DNA of 64,000 nucleotides from a virus (Duplodnaviria; Heunggongvirae; Uroviricota; Caudoviricetes): IMG/VR virus record IMGVR_UViG_2823670853_000002; one strand, 5' to 3'. Shown piece by piece: positions 50,551 to 61,168 of this stretch (position 1 is its first letter; each line of letters starts with the position of its first letter). The notes under the pieces were generated by a model. It saw only the letters and a program-made list of their open reading frames with translations, ran no database searches and was not told where the DNA came from. The position numbers and the translations under genes were made by a program.

Positions 50551-50637
50551 TTAGAGCAAATTTTTCTGACTCGATCCAGATCGGGTTGGTCGATCTGCTC
50601 AGAAACCTGCCAGTTTGCTGGCAGGTTTTTTCTTTTG

Positions 50638-51681
50638 TTAACCTATTGCTACTGGTTTTAACAAACCAGCATCAAGTAGCTTGCGAGTTAACCACTGCTG
50701 GCCTTTACCCGTTAATTGGGGCGTCAGCCGTATCTGGTAGCCATTTTCATCATCCAGCACCACTTCTTTCACCGTGAAATACCCGGCGTTAATGTACTGC
50801 TGGCGCGGTACGTTTTTGCGCGCACCAAAAGCCATGAGAATGCCGTTCTGGCGCAACCATGAGAAAAGGGCGTTTTGCTTAAGTCCAACGACCTTTGCAA
50901 AGTTCCCGATCAGGATTCCATTAGCCACTGATACCCGGTCGGCAAAATCGACTTTAGGGGCTGCGGCCACCAGCTGTTGTTCCAGCTGCAATTTCTGTTC
51001 TGCCAACTCGGCAGCCAGGCGTAGGGCTTCTGGTAATGTTTGGGGGATCGATGGGGTAGGGGAGTTTGCCTGCTGCAATTCTTCCAGTTTGTCGATCAGC
51101 GAACGGCGGACCGCTTTCGATTCGCGCGCGGCGACTCGCAGGGCTTGTTTGTAGGTCATGGTTATGACAACCATAGGCGTACCGCCACCTGGCGGCACGG
51201 TTGCACTTTTTGTGTAACCGTCCTCACCTTCTAATTCGTCGAGTATTTTTTCGATGAATTTGTTGTTCCGAACCTCTGGTTCCCCACATAACTTACGCGC
51301 TTCATTGACCATCTTTAACAGTGTCAGGCTGTCGATTGTGTCTCCGGTGGTGGGGATGACATTCACGGCTGGTGCTGGCGTTGCTGAAGCAACAGGTGCT
51401 GGTTTTTTAACATTCAAATTATTACTGGTCATTCTATGTGCCTCCTTTCTCATTTCTGCTGCCACCGTTGCGTAACGTAGACGTCCTTGTTCAATCAAAT
51501 AATCCCTGATCTCGGCTATCAGTAGCCTGTTGATCACAGCCTTATCTGTTCGGGTATAAAAACGCCTGGTTATCATGAAATAGTTAGCAATTGCGCCGGG
51601 GATCTCCCGTGTCGGCATACAGGCAGTATGCAGGGCGATCGCTTCGGCTATGTCATTACGGGTGACGAGAGGTTTTTTCAT
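50638..51681 (-). CDS. ant: Antirepressor Ant (immI region)
   Basis: 347 aa; ANT/KilAC-type C-terminal domain; ATG overlaps the icd stop. Confidence 0.7.
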   Translation of the reverse strand: MKKPLVTRNDIAEAIALHTACMPTREIPGAIANYFMITRRFYTRTDKAVINRLLIAEIRDYLIEQGRLRYATVAAEMRKEAHRMTSNNLNVKKPAPVASATPAPAVNVIPTTGDTIDSLTLLKMVNEARKLCGEPEVRNNKFIEKILDELEGEDGYTKSATVPPGGGTPMVVITMTYKQALRVAARESKAVRRSLIDKLEELQQANSPTPSIPQTLPEALRLAAELAEQKLQLEQQLVAAAPKVDFADRVSVANGILIGNFAKVVGLKQNALFSWLRQNGILMAFGARKNVPRQQYINAGYFTVKEVVLDDENGYQIRLTPQLTGKGQQWLTRKLLDAGLLKPVAIG

Positions 51682-51899
51682 AAACCCCCCTGAACGTCGG
51701 CAGAGAAGGGGAGGCTCCAGTAACTAAGTGAATTGCGCGAGTTAGTTGAAAAACGGGCAGTAAAAATGCAGGGGCCATCAGGCAATTGAGAGCGTGCTTC
51801 GTCTTCAGTTGCTGCGATAACGAAGTGATAGTGGTGTTTTTTACAGGAATAGAAACGCCAGATGAATTCTGGGCGTGCGCAAGGATTGGCATTAACCAT
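51678..51899 (-). CDS. icd: Icd-like small protein (cell-division interference), translationally coupled to ant
   Basis: 73 aa (MVNANPCARPEFIWRFYSCKK...); stop overlaps ant ATG; GAGG RBS upstream. Confidence 0.5.
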   Translation of the reverse strand: MVNANPCARPEFIWRFYSCKKHHYHFVIAATEDEARSQLPDGPCIFTARFSTNSRNSLSYWSLPFSADVQGGL

Positions 51900-52180
51900 A
51901 GTTACGGCCTCACAATCAGGTTTAACAACCTGCTACCCGCTGCTAAACAGGTGGCAGGACGTGACGGGGTTAGCAGACTGGCGATTGTGAAACCAGCAGG
52001 CCGAAGCCTCCCCATCACGCCCCACCATAATTTGGGCGTAACGCGGTTTTACGGACACAAAAATACCGCAATATCGGATATCTGCGGCTGTCCGCACAAT
52101 CATTCAGGCTGCTAAACCCGGTCGCAGAATTTGCTACGACGGCGGAACTATAAGCCTGAACGATTAAAAGGTCAATATGA
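51900..52180 (-). ncRNA. c4: immI leader expected to encode the c4 antisense RNA (exact ends not resolved)
   Basis: Non-coding ~280-bp leader between the operator at 52214 and icd; by P1 organisation the c4 RNA lies here. Confidence 0.3.
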
Positions 52181-52213
52181 TGCGAAAAGATAGCATTCGT
52201 GACTTAAAAATAC

Positions 52214-52230
52214 AAATTTATTAGAGCATT
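52214..52230 (-). promoter_or_regulatory. C1 repressor operator-like site at the immI promoter
   Basis: Reverse complement AATGCTCTAATAAATTT, 16 of 17. Confidence 0.6.
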
Positions 52231-52326
52231 ATCTGCTTAATAAATACACAATTGGGTCTAATAACCTCTTTTTTTTAAAGGCGAAAATATGTACCCTAAA
52301 TGGGTTATAAGGCAGGTGAGGTTATA

Positions 52327-52458
52327 ATGAGAAAACTATTACTATCGTTATTATTTATGGCTGGGACTGTTAATGCAGCATCAAGCGTAAAGGAGATTTG
52401 TACCGATTATACGAAATACCTTTGGCAAGTTTACGCCTTTGCGATCAATGACTATTAA
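52327..52458 (+). CDS. Small signal-peptide protein (43 aa), unlisted short ORF
   Basis: MRKLLLSLLFMAGTVNAASS... with GAGG RBS; AT-rich codon usage. Confidence 0.35.
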   Translation: MRKLLLSLLFMAGTVNAASSVKEICTDYTKYLWQVYAFAINDY

Positions 52459-52461
52459 TCC

Positions 52462-52797
52462 ATGCGTAGGAGTGGATTTATGCTGATTCGTTTGTTTTTA
52501 GTGCTTTCCTTTTTAACATTTAATGTTTTTGCTGATGAAGTTGACTTTTCGAAGGTAGATTGTAATTCAGTGGAAACAAGAAAAGCTCTTATTGAAGAAT
52601 ATAACGAAATATTATCGTCATATGGAATAACAGTGGTTGATTCTTATAATCAAAAAACTATTCAGAAAGGAATAAATAAACTGGTCTGTTATGGGGTTTA
52701 CCAATATTCAGATGGCTCTTCGGAGTATGTTATTTATAAAGCATACCCAAATAGTCTTGGTGAATTAATTAGTGAGTTTAAACCGATTAATGAGTGA
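52462..52797 (+). CDS. Secreted protein of unknown function
   Basis: 111 aa; signal-peptide-like MLIRLFLVLSFLTFNVFA; AT-rich. Confidence 0.45.
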   Translation: MRRSGFMLIRLFLVLSFLTFNVFADEVDFSKVDCNSVETRKALIEEYNEILSSYGITVVDSYNQKTIQKGINKLVCYGVYQYSDGSSEYVIYKAYPNSLGELISEFKPINE

Positions 52798-53584
52798 ATG
52801 GAAAATGAAATTATTTAATGTAATAACATTTTGTTGTGCTATTTTTGCTGGAAGCGCGATAGCTGATAATAAATTGCCAGATTGGCTTTCTACCTCAAAG
52901 AAAGATTATGATTTAGTAAGGGCATTCTATTTGTCTGGATTTGCTTCGAAAGCAATGAACAATCAATTTGGTTATCATTTGCCATCTGAGTTGGTTAATG
53001 ATTTTAAAGATAATGAATTTGCTGCTCAGGAAAAATGGAACACAATTCCAATTGTGTATGGTGAAATAAAATCCATAAGAATGGTGAATAATAAACCAAT
53101 TGTAGAGTTATTTACTCCAGGGGAAAATGCAACGCCACTAAATTATATCAAATTGAAAATATTGGATTCAAAGCAAGACTCTCTGTTAAAACTAAAAAAA
53201 GGGGATGATATATATGCAGTGTGCTCAGGTGCTAATTTTAGCTTAGTGCCAATTCTGAGCAACTGCACTCCAGCAACAGACGTCATTGATGCTGCACTCT
53301 CTTTTTCTGGTGAATATATGTTCCCTGCTTTTGATTCTTTTTCACCTACTAAGCAAAACGTCAAATATATATTCACAAATCAAGATCCTGTTCAGATGAT
53401 GAATTTTATAGGGTACCTATCCTTAGTCGATACAACGAAGGATAAGAAAAAAATGGATATGGTTCGTAAGTGTACGCCTTGGAAGCCGGAATGTTCACAA
53501 CAATTCGTTGATGTAATGGAAGGATTTGATAGCATCATGTATAAATATGAGAGAGAATTTAAAAATTACATAGAATTAAAATAG
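52772..53584 (+). CDS. Secreted protein of unknown function
   Basis: 270 aa (probable start MKLFNVITFCCAIFAGSAIA at 52805); several cysteines; AT-rich; followed by a strong terminator. Confidence 0.5.
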   Translation: MSLNRLMSEWKMKLFNVITFCCAIFAGSAIADNKLPDWLSTSKKDYDLVRAFYLSGFASKAMNNQFGYHLPSELVNDFKDNEFAAQEKWNTIPIVYGEIKSIRMVNNKPIVELFTPGENATPLNYIKLKILDSKQDSLLKLKKGDDIYAVCSGANFSLVPILSNCTPATDVIDAALSFSGEYMFPAFDSFSPTKQNVKYIFTNQDPVQMMNFIGYLSLVDTTKDKKKMDMVRKCTPWKPECSQQFVDVMEGFDSIMYKYEREFKNYIELK

Positions 53585-53615
53585 TATTTGAAAGGATGGT
53601 CAATTTAAGTTTTAA

Positions 53616-53648
53616 AAAAACGCCCATTAAAGGGCGTTTTATTGTTTT
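53616..53648 (+). terminator. Rho-independent terminator after the secreted-protein cassette
   Basis: CGCCC-ATTAAA-GGGCG hairpin followed by TTTTATTGTTTT. Confidence 0.6.
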
Positions 53649-53769
53649 ACTCAAAACAACCTGATTATGTGATAACCATATCATATCCCTCATTCCACCT
53701 ACACTGATTACCCCCCAGACAACAATATTCCTACTCAATGAACAAATGACTACTCGTAGAATCGGTTAA

Positions 53770-54360
<591 letters not shown>

Positions 54361-54370
54361 GAGGGCTGAT

Positions 54371-54982
54371 ATGGGGTTTAATGTTGCTTCAGTAAAGTCT
54401 TATGTATCTTCGGCATTAACGACGACATTATTTGGCTCCGGCGTTGGTGAACGGGAAGTTGGTAAGCTGACGTCAATCATCATGAACAAAATGCTGTTCG
54501 CGCAAGGATGGCAGTTCTCTGTCGAAGTTGATGGACTGGAGGGGGCAGACTTCTTTGCCAAAGACATTACCTACCACGATTACAGCATCGAATATGAAAC
54601 GATTAAAATCGGCGGAGGGAATATCCTTCAACCAACGGAGCGTTCGCCTGGGCAGATAACAATGATGGTCAGGGATACCGTTGATGGCCTCGTTTTGGAC
54701 TGGTTTAAGACGGCAAAAAGTCGGGTGATCAATCCGGACGGTACCGGGAATATACCGTCTAAATATTTGCTCAATGTGCGTATTTATCGGTTGCTGTCTT
54801 CCGGCTTAACCAAACTGGAAAATGAGATGACGGTATTCCCGGTCACTACCGGCGATGTCACCTATGCACGAGATCAGGTTACTGAATTTAAGTCATTCCC
54901 AATGACCTTCGCATTGCACAGCACGTTTAACCAATCCTCAAGTTCTTTGGCTTCCCTTCTGGGCTTTAGCTTTTCTCTTTGA
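54371..54982 (+). CDS. Hypothetical structural-block protein
   Basis: 203-aa ORF. Confidence 0.4.
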   Translation: MGFNVASVKSYVSSALTTTLFGSGVGEREVGKLTSIIMNKMLFAQGWQFSVEVDGLEGADFFAKDITYHDYSIEYETIKIGGGNILQPTERSPGQITMMVRDTVDGLVLDWFKTAKSRVINPDGTGNIPSKYLLNVRIYRLLSSGLTKLENEMTVFPVTTGDVTYARDQVTEFKSFPMTFALHSTFNQSSSSLASLLGFSFSL

Positions 54983-54996
54983 ATTAAGGAGCAAGG

Positions 54997-55878
54997 ATGC
55001 TTTTACCTCTTTTCCCGCTACCATCGCGGCCAACTGAATTGATCCAGTTCCGTCAGCCAAATATTGCTGATGCGATGCGTTTCAACTCGATAACACCGGA
55101 GGAACAAGAACAACAGACAACGGCGTATTTAAAAGCCTTGCTGGCTGAACCCGCGAAACATGATCCCCTGACATGGACGGCGCAGGACCGGATTACCGCG
55201 TTATGGTGGATATTTACCGGCTCCCGTGAAACACCGGTCGAGACATTCACCTACACCTGTAAACATTGCGGTAAAGAGCATTATTACGATTGCGATATGA
55301 ATGCTCTGGCTGAAGATATCCAGGTCCTGGAAGTGGAACCTTTCATTGACGATATTGAGGTGTCTGTAGAGGGAGTACCTTATCAATGGCGTATCGTGCC
55401 GCTTGATGGTTGGGCAATGGAAATGCTGGAGATGCGCCGTGCAGCATTGCCACCTGAAGACGACGCGGAATTCAAAGAAGCGATCGTTGATTTGCGTTTT
55501 TGGGAATTCGCTTATCAGTGTGAGCTTTATAACGATGTTAGCGGTACTCGTGAAGATCAGGCCGAGCGTCGTTATGAAACGATTAAACGGATGGCCATTG
55601 ATACTGAATTTATGAAGCTGGCGGCACACATCCGACTGGCTCATGAAAAGCTCGAACATGGTTTACCGTGCTACATCGATAAAGGTGAAATGCGTCTTCG
55701 TCTCCCGCCGCATAAATGCCCAAACCAAGATAAAAAGGAGTCCACAGAGGGTGCGTATACCCGTCTGTGGGTGCCCTTTCGGGCTTCCGACTTCATTCCA
55801 CAGGTGGGGATTGAAAAGCTATCAGACCTTAGTGTCCAACCTGGTTTTGTATGGGGGTATACCGATTCAGGACGCTGA
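54997..55878 (+). CDS. Hypothetical protein with CxxC...C zinc-ribbon-like motif
   Basis: 293 aa; CKHCGKEHYYDCD motif. Confidence 0.4.
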   Translation: MLLPLFPLPSRPTELIQFRQPNIADAMRFNSITPEEQEQQTTAYLKALLAEPAKHDPLTWTAQDRITALWWIFTGSRETPVETFTYTCKHCGKEHYYDCDMNALAEDIQVLEVEPFIDDIEVSVEGVPYQWRIVPLDGWAMEMLEMRRAALPPEDDAEFKEAIVDLRFWEFAYQCELYNDVSGTREDQAERRYETIKRMAIDTEFMKLAAHIRLAHEKLEHGLPCYIDKGEMRLRLPPHKCPNQDKKESTEGAYTRLWVPFRASDFIPQVGIEKLSDLSVQPGFVWGYTDSGR

Positions 55879-55959
55879 AAGGCTCACTGAATCCTATGCG
55901 TTTTTCCTGTTGGAGAAACTGGAAGAAAAACTTAAACCGAAGCGGTAGGCGATAAGATC

Positions 55960-58900
55960 ATGGAAAGAAAAAACGCCAACATTGACGATGTGATAAGGAC
56001 GGTTGAAACCGCCAGCGCAAAAGAGCTGGAAGAGCTTGCAGGTATCCGGGAAGCTGTTGAAGATTTGAAAGGGGGGCGAGTTGCTACTGTTGATCCTGTC
56101 TCTCGCAGCGTGTCGGCATTAAATCGCACAATCGAAAATTCCCGGCCTGACTTTGTGGCCAAAGCGCCATCCGTAGACCCTATTGTTGACGCAATGAAAC
56201 GGCTTAATTTAGGGGACGTTTCTCGTGTAGTTCAGGAAGATGTTGCTCAACAGGAACAGCGGGCCAAATCAACCACACCAAAGGGTAAAAAACGACGCAG
56301 GAAGGCTATACCAGAGGATGTAAAGGCACAACGGACCGAAGCAGCCGAACACGCTCGCGAAATGTTCGGTCAAAAAGGCGGTGCGCAAAAAAGCCAAAAC
56401 CAACGCGATGCGCGTGGTCGTTTTATTGGAAAGTCAGGGAGTAAGGCCGCAGCGGAAGATGCCCGTGCTGAACGTGCTGAAAAGGCCAGGCGCAAAGAGG
56501 ATGATGAGCGTCTAAATGCTGAATCAGGTTTATTAAAAAAACTGTCAAAAGTAGCTGAAGGCATAGGTAACCCTTCAGAGACTCGTGCCGTCGATGCGTT
56601 AGGTTATGCCGTTGCTGGTCCATTGTGGGCAGCAGGGAAGGAGCTTGGCGGGATATCAAAAGAAGTTGGTGGATCGCTTAATGGTGCCAGAAAGTCTATT
56701 GCCGATGTGATTCGTGGCAATGACGATAACAGCCGTAGAAAAGGTTTTTTTAGGCGTAAATCGCAAAATAGTGCCGATGTCGTTCAGGTTAACACCCAAA
56801 AACGGACGGTTCAGGAACTTCAGGAGCAGACCAGCGAAATTAAAGAGGGCAATGACAAGATTCTCAGCGCCCTTGATCAGATAGCCAAAAACACCGGGAA
56901 AAAGAAGGGCGGCTTGCTGTCCAAACTATTTAGCCTGTTAGGGAAGGGGGCCGGTGGCGTCGCGTCGTTGTTAATGGGGCGTGGCATGCTGAAAAAAGCT
57001 GGAGCACTCGCTTTTGGCGCTCTGGGGGCAAAGAAACTTGTAGGAATGCTACGCGGTGGTGGCAAGAAGACTCTCGCCCATGAAGGCGGAGATTTGGCTG
57101 CCCGGGCAGCAGGTAAACTTGGATTAAAGGCAGTTGGTAAAGGGGCGTTACGCGCAATTCCCCTGGTCGGCACAGTGGCTGGAGGTATTTATGATGCGGT
57201 AACCGGTTGGAATGATACAGAAGCGCAACGTCGAGCGTTTGGGCTTAAATCAGGACAAGATCCATCATTCCAGCAAAAAGCCGCTTATACGTTAGCTAAT
57301 GTTCTTGATATGGGGGGACTGGTATCTGGTATTAGCAGCGCCATTGGTGAGGTTCTCAAATCACTTGGATTTGAGGATATCGGCAATATGTTGCAATCAT
57401 TTTCGACGGAAAGTATTGCCCAGGCCATTGATAGTGGGATTACCAACTTAGAAACATATATTTCTAACCTTGGCGACACCATTTCTACCAAGTTCGATGA
57501 TTACACAGCAAAGATTGGTGATGCTGTTTCAGCATGGTTTAGCGATACATCTAATAAGCTGCTTGAAAAGCTGGATGCCATCAAAGACTTCTTTACTGTC
57601 GATAACCTGAAACAGGTTTTCAGTGATGCAATTGATAGTGCAATTGATTTCATTAAGAACCCAGGGAAACACATTAAAGAGGCGGCTGGTAATATTTGGG
57701 ATGGGGTTAAAAATTTACCCGGTAAAGCATTAGATGCAGCGTTTGATGCCGTTAAAAATACCCCTGCGGCAATGATTGTATCAAAAATACCCAATCCGAT
57801 CGGCGAGGCTAATGCGAAAGAAATCACTCCAGAGTTAAAAGCTCCGGTTAATAGCCACCAGGAGACGTCTGATTCTAAAACTGAATCCGATGCCAAACAG
57901 AGTAATATTGCTACCCGCGTGATAAATGCGGCACTGGACACGGCGAAAGATAGCAATAAAACAGTTAAACAAACTGCCAATCAGATTATCAATGCAAATG
58001 CAGTAGAAACGGGCAATAGCGCGTTGCAGAAAATTGATAAAGCTATTGGTCAAAATAGCTCGTCATCATCGTCGCTTAATACCACTGGCACCAGGAATGA
58101 CATTCAGAAAGCTGCGGATACCTACAATAATGGCAACTTGGATGTAAAAGTCGGAAGTCTTGGCGCTGAAGGTAAGGCAAATCTCGATAAGTTGGCTCCG
58201 TATTTTGCTGAACTAGAGAATAAATATGGCCTTCCTGAAGGTACTCTTTACGCGATCGCTGCAACTGAATCTGGTGGTAATCCTAACGCAAAATCTACGC
58301 TTACAAGATCACCAAATGGAAAGCTAAGTGGTGGCGCTCTCGGAATGTTCCAGTTTACGAGCGTTGCTCGTGAGGAAACTGGATTATCCCGGGAAGATTC
58401 TTTTAATCCGGAAAAATCGGCAGAAGCTGCGGCTCTTCTCATGAGCAAGTATCTGAAGCAAGCCAATGGAGACTTAAACGAGGCCATCACTGCATATAAC
58501 GCAGGGTTTGGCACTATCAATAAGTGGAAAAAAGGCACAGGTGACTTATCGAAAGAAAACCGTGAGTACGCGATCAAGGTCAATACTCATCGTGCTCGCT
58601 ATTTAGGTGGTGAAATCTATACACCTGGGGCAGGAGCACAGGGTGGGGCGCAATATGGAGTGAGGGGACCACTGCCTGATAACGCCGTTATCGATCAGTC
58701 TACTGGTCTGGCGTTTACCCCTGGTGATAGCCCGTTTGAGAAAGGCGGTCTGGTAGACAAAATCGGCAATGCTGTTGGCGTTAACGATCTGGTCAACAAA
58801 TTCATGAATGGCCGGGGGATGCGTCGGGAAGTCGTCCAGGGAACCCTCGAAGAACGTGCACGAGGAAGGGGAACCGCAACGGCAGCTGGCAATGTGTATG

Positions 58901-59382
58901 TTGATACACCTATGCCAGTTGAAGAGGCACGTCCGGTGGCCAACAACTCAAGTTACTTTGACCAGCTCGGCGCACAAATGGGGATTGATGGTCTGTATGA
59001 CAAACTCATTAATGCCCGGGGAATGCGCTCAAATAATTCTCCTCAACCAGCTTCCACGTCCCAGATGACGACTGTCGCCAACGATTTGCAGCAACCAACC
59101 GGTCGTATGCAGATAGACGGGCAGGTTATTAGTGACCTTGGCGGTTCCGGTGCCAAGCCGACAATGCAGTTGGCTGATAATACCGTTTCACTTGATGGTG
59201 AAACGAAGCGGCTGTTTGCGCAGATGACCTCATTGCTTGCCAGGATTGAAGAGCACACCAAAGACTCGGCGAAAGGCCAGGGAACTGTCGTAAAGGTCAG
59301 CACGCCTCAGCCGGGCGTTATGCGCACGGTACCACTGTCAATTGATGATCCGTTGATGAATGACTACGCGAGAGTTGATTGA
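55960..59382 (+). CDS. sit: Tape-measure-like protein with lytic transglycosylase domain (P1 Sit type)
   Basis: 1140 aa; SLT-like segment (...SGGALGMFQFTSVAREETGL..., AYNAGFG) embedded in a long Gly/Ala/Lys-rich protein. Confidence 0.75.
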   Translation: MERKNANIDDVIRTVETASAKELEELAGIREAVEDLKGGRVATVDPVSRSVSALNRTIENSRPDFVAKAPSVDPIVDAMKRLNLGDVSRVVQEDVAQQEQRAKSTTPKGKKRRRKAIPEDVKAQRTEAAEHAREMFGQKGGAQKSQNQRDARGRFIGKSGSKAAAEDARAERAEKARRKEDDERLNAESGLLKKLSKVAEGIGNPSETRAVDALGYAVAGPLWAAGKELGGISKEVGGSLNGARKSIADVIRGNDDNSRRKGFFRRKSQNSADVVQVNTQKRTVQELQEQTSEIKEGNDKILSALDQIAKNTGKKKGGLLSKLFSLLGKGAGGVASLLMGRGMLKKAGALAFGALGAKKLVGMLRGGGKKTLAHEGGDLAARAAGKLGLKAVGKGALRAIPLVGTVAGGIYDAVTGWNDTEAQRRAFGLKSGQDPSFQQKAAYTLANVLDMGGLVSGISSAIGEVLKSLGFEDIGNMLQSFSTESIAQAIDSGITNLETYISNLGDTISTKFDDYTAKIGDAVSAWFSDTSNKLLEKLDAIKDFFTVDNLKQVFSDAIDSAIDFIKNPGKHIKEAAGNIWDGVKNLPGKALDAAFDAVKNTPAAMIVSKIPNPIGEANAKEITPELKAPVNSHQETSDSKTESDAKQSNIATRVINAALDTAKDSNKTVKQTANQIINANAVETGNSALQKIDKAIGQNSSSSSSLNTTGTRNDIQKAADTYNNGNLDVKVGSLGAEGKANLDKLAPYFAELENKYGLPEGTLYAIAATESGGNPNAKSTLTRSPNGKLSGGALGMFQFTSVAREETGLSREDSFNPEKSAEAAALLMSKYLKQANGDLNEAITAYNAGFGTINKWKKGTGDLSKENREYAIKVNTHRARYLGGEIYTPGAGAQGGAQYGVRGPLPDNAVIDQSTGLAFTPGDSPFEKGGLVDKIGNAVGVNDLVNKFMNGRGMRREVVQGTLEERARGRGTATAAGNVYVDTPMPVEEARPVANNSSYFDQLGAQMGIDGLYDKLINARGMRSNNSPQPASTSQMTTVANDLQQPTGRMQIDGQVISDLGGSGAKPTMQLADNTVSLDGETKRLFAQMTSLLARIEEHTKDSAKGQGTVVKVSTPQPGVMRTVPLSIDDPLMNDYARVD

Positions 59383-59738
59383 TGGCCAACAATAACGAAA
59401 TTGATCCTTTGCTGACGCTGGAGTTATCCGGCGTAAAAACGTATGAGTCCCAGGAGGAGGCCTGGGGCGCTCGTTTATATGAGTGGCTAAACACTTATCA
59501 GGGTGAGGTATACGGAGATCCGTCATGGGGCAATGTTTTACCGCAGTTTAAACACGAACCGACCAACTTGTCGCATGTTCAAATTGCGGTTGAGGCAATG
59601 CTGTTGCAAAAACTGACGGTAGATTTACCTGACATACCGATTTCTGGCTTGTCAGTAGCCGAGGGAGATGCTTTTGATAAGTTGAAAATATCCATTCGTA
59701 TCAGGGATATAACTATCACACAGGACGTGGTGCTATGA
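59379..59738 (+). CDS. Hypothetical baseplate-module protein
   Basis: 119-aa ORF, ATGA-coupled to sit. Confidence 0.4.
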   Translation: MMANNNEIDPLLTLELSGVKTYESQEEAWGARLYEWLNTYQGEVYGDPSWGNVLPQFKHEPTNLSHVQIAVEAMLLQKLTVDLPDIPISGLSVAEGDAFDKLKISIRIRDITITQDVVL

Positions 59739-61168
59739 GTAAAACAACACCGACTAAAGACAGTATTCGTGCAGAGTTTGAAGAGCTTGTCGAGAAAGAT
59801 TCATTCTGGTCGAAGTTTGTCGGCTCTCAATTTGTCTCGATGCTGACATTGTTTATTACCCAGATTGTCTACAGGTGCTTTCAGTATGCCGATGCGGCAC
59901 TGGCTGAAGGCTTTATATCGACCGCGACGCGGCGTTCCTCTATCCTGGCAGCGGCAGAAACGAATAGTTACGTTGGTACCAAGCCAACACCGTCATCCGG
60001 GATGGTTGAGATCACAGCCACAAGTGAAGATGCTCCAGCGGTAATCCCCAAAAACACGCCTTTAATATCTGACGACCAGTACCCTTACATGACTATGGAT
60101 GTATGCAGGTTGGTTGACGGCACCGGTACGGTAGAAGTGGCACAGTTGGAAATCCAGGAGGTGACATATACCGTTACGGCAGCCAAAGAATTTCTGGAAG
60201 TCGTGTTATCAAAGGCTCTCACTGCTGTCTGCTATAAGCTGGAAGTATTCGTGACGACCGATGGTAAGACCACGCAGTGGTCTTCCAGCACAATGTTCCG
60301 GTTAGCTGGTAGTAAAAGCCAGGTCTACGTTGAGTTTTATAAACCATCCGAACAGTTGGGTGTTCGATTCGGCGATGGGCTAATTGGGCAAATACCGCCA
60401 GAAGGCTCGACAATTACGCTTAAGGTATGGTGCACCAACGGCGATATAACCCTGGTTGCTGGCCAAAACCTGACGCCTGTCGATTCTGCGGCTAATTTAG
60501 CTAATTTGATTTCAGTTAAGACAACGACACCTATAACCGCAGGTACCGATGCTGAAACAACGGAGATCACACGTAACCGTGCACAATATTACCTTGCCTA
60601 TGATGATCAGGTTGTATGGGGCGGGGACTATACGTATTTTCTGGTTCGTAACATCCCGGGGCTGTCCTGGGTAAAGGCATGGGGCGAAGGCCAGCAAGAG
60701 AAATTAGATGGTGCTTATAATGTTCAGAATATCAATAAGATATTTATTTCAGGATGGCATCCAAATAAAAGCCAGTCAGAGCTTGAAGAAATGATCCTGA
60801 CTGCCTTTAAGAAGGTACCGAATGAACTGAACAAGAAATTCTCTTATAAAGAGGTCAGAAAACTACCATTTAAGATAACCATCACCGGACGGATATCGGC
60901 AAGCCTGACCATTGAGAACGTGACCGATGAGCTGAAGTCGGCACTGGAAACAAAATTTGGGCGCGACTCAACTTTCTTTGATCCGAACCGCGTCGGAAAG
61001 TACATCCTGATTAAGAAAAAAGACGTTTGGGCGTTTATCGAAACGTTGGGCTATTTCCGCGACTTTTATCTGGAGTTTGTCGAGTGGAATGAGTCCAACG
61101 GCTTTTACGATTTCGTTTATCTGGATACAGGAAACTCCACCTTCAATATTTCGTATGAGGAGGAGTGA
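59735..61168 (+). CDS. Putative baseplate protein
   Basis: 477-aa ORF coupled to neighbours; assignment by context. Confidence 0.4.
   Translation: MSKTTPTKDSIRAEFEELVEKDSFWSKFVGSQFVSMLTLFITQIVYRCFQYADAALAEGFISTATRRSSILAAAETNSYVGTKPTPSSGMVEITATSEDAPAVIPKNTPLISDDQYPYMTMDVCRLVDGTGTVEVAQLEIQEVTYTVTAAKEFLEVVLSKALTAVCYKLEVFVTTDGKTTQWSSSTMFRLAGSKSQVYVEFYKPSEQLGVRFGDGLIGQIPPEGSTITLKVWCTNGDITLVAGQNLTPVDSAANLANLISVKTTTPITAGTDAETTEITRNRAQYYLAYDDQVVWGGDYTYFLVRNIPGLSWVKAWGEGQQEKLDGAYNVQNINKIFISGWHPNKSQSELEEMILTAFKKVPNELNKKFSYKEVRKLPFKITITGRISASLTIENVTDELKSALETKFGRDSTFFDPNRVGKYILIKKKDVWAFIETLGYFRDFYLEFVEWNESNGFYDFVYLDTGNSTFNISYEEE

Noticed and set aside
56370-59303. Minus-strand ORFs within the sit gene
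   Set aside because: Antisense to a long, motif-bearing frame; proline/arginine-rich translations typical of shadow ORFs in Gly/Ala-rich genes.
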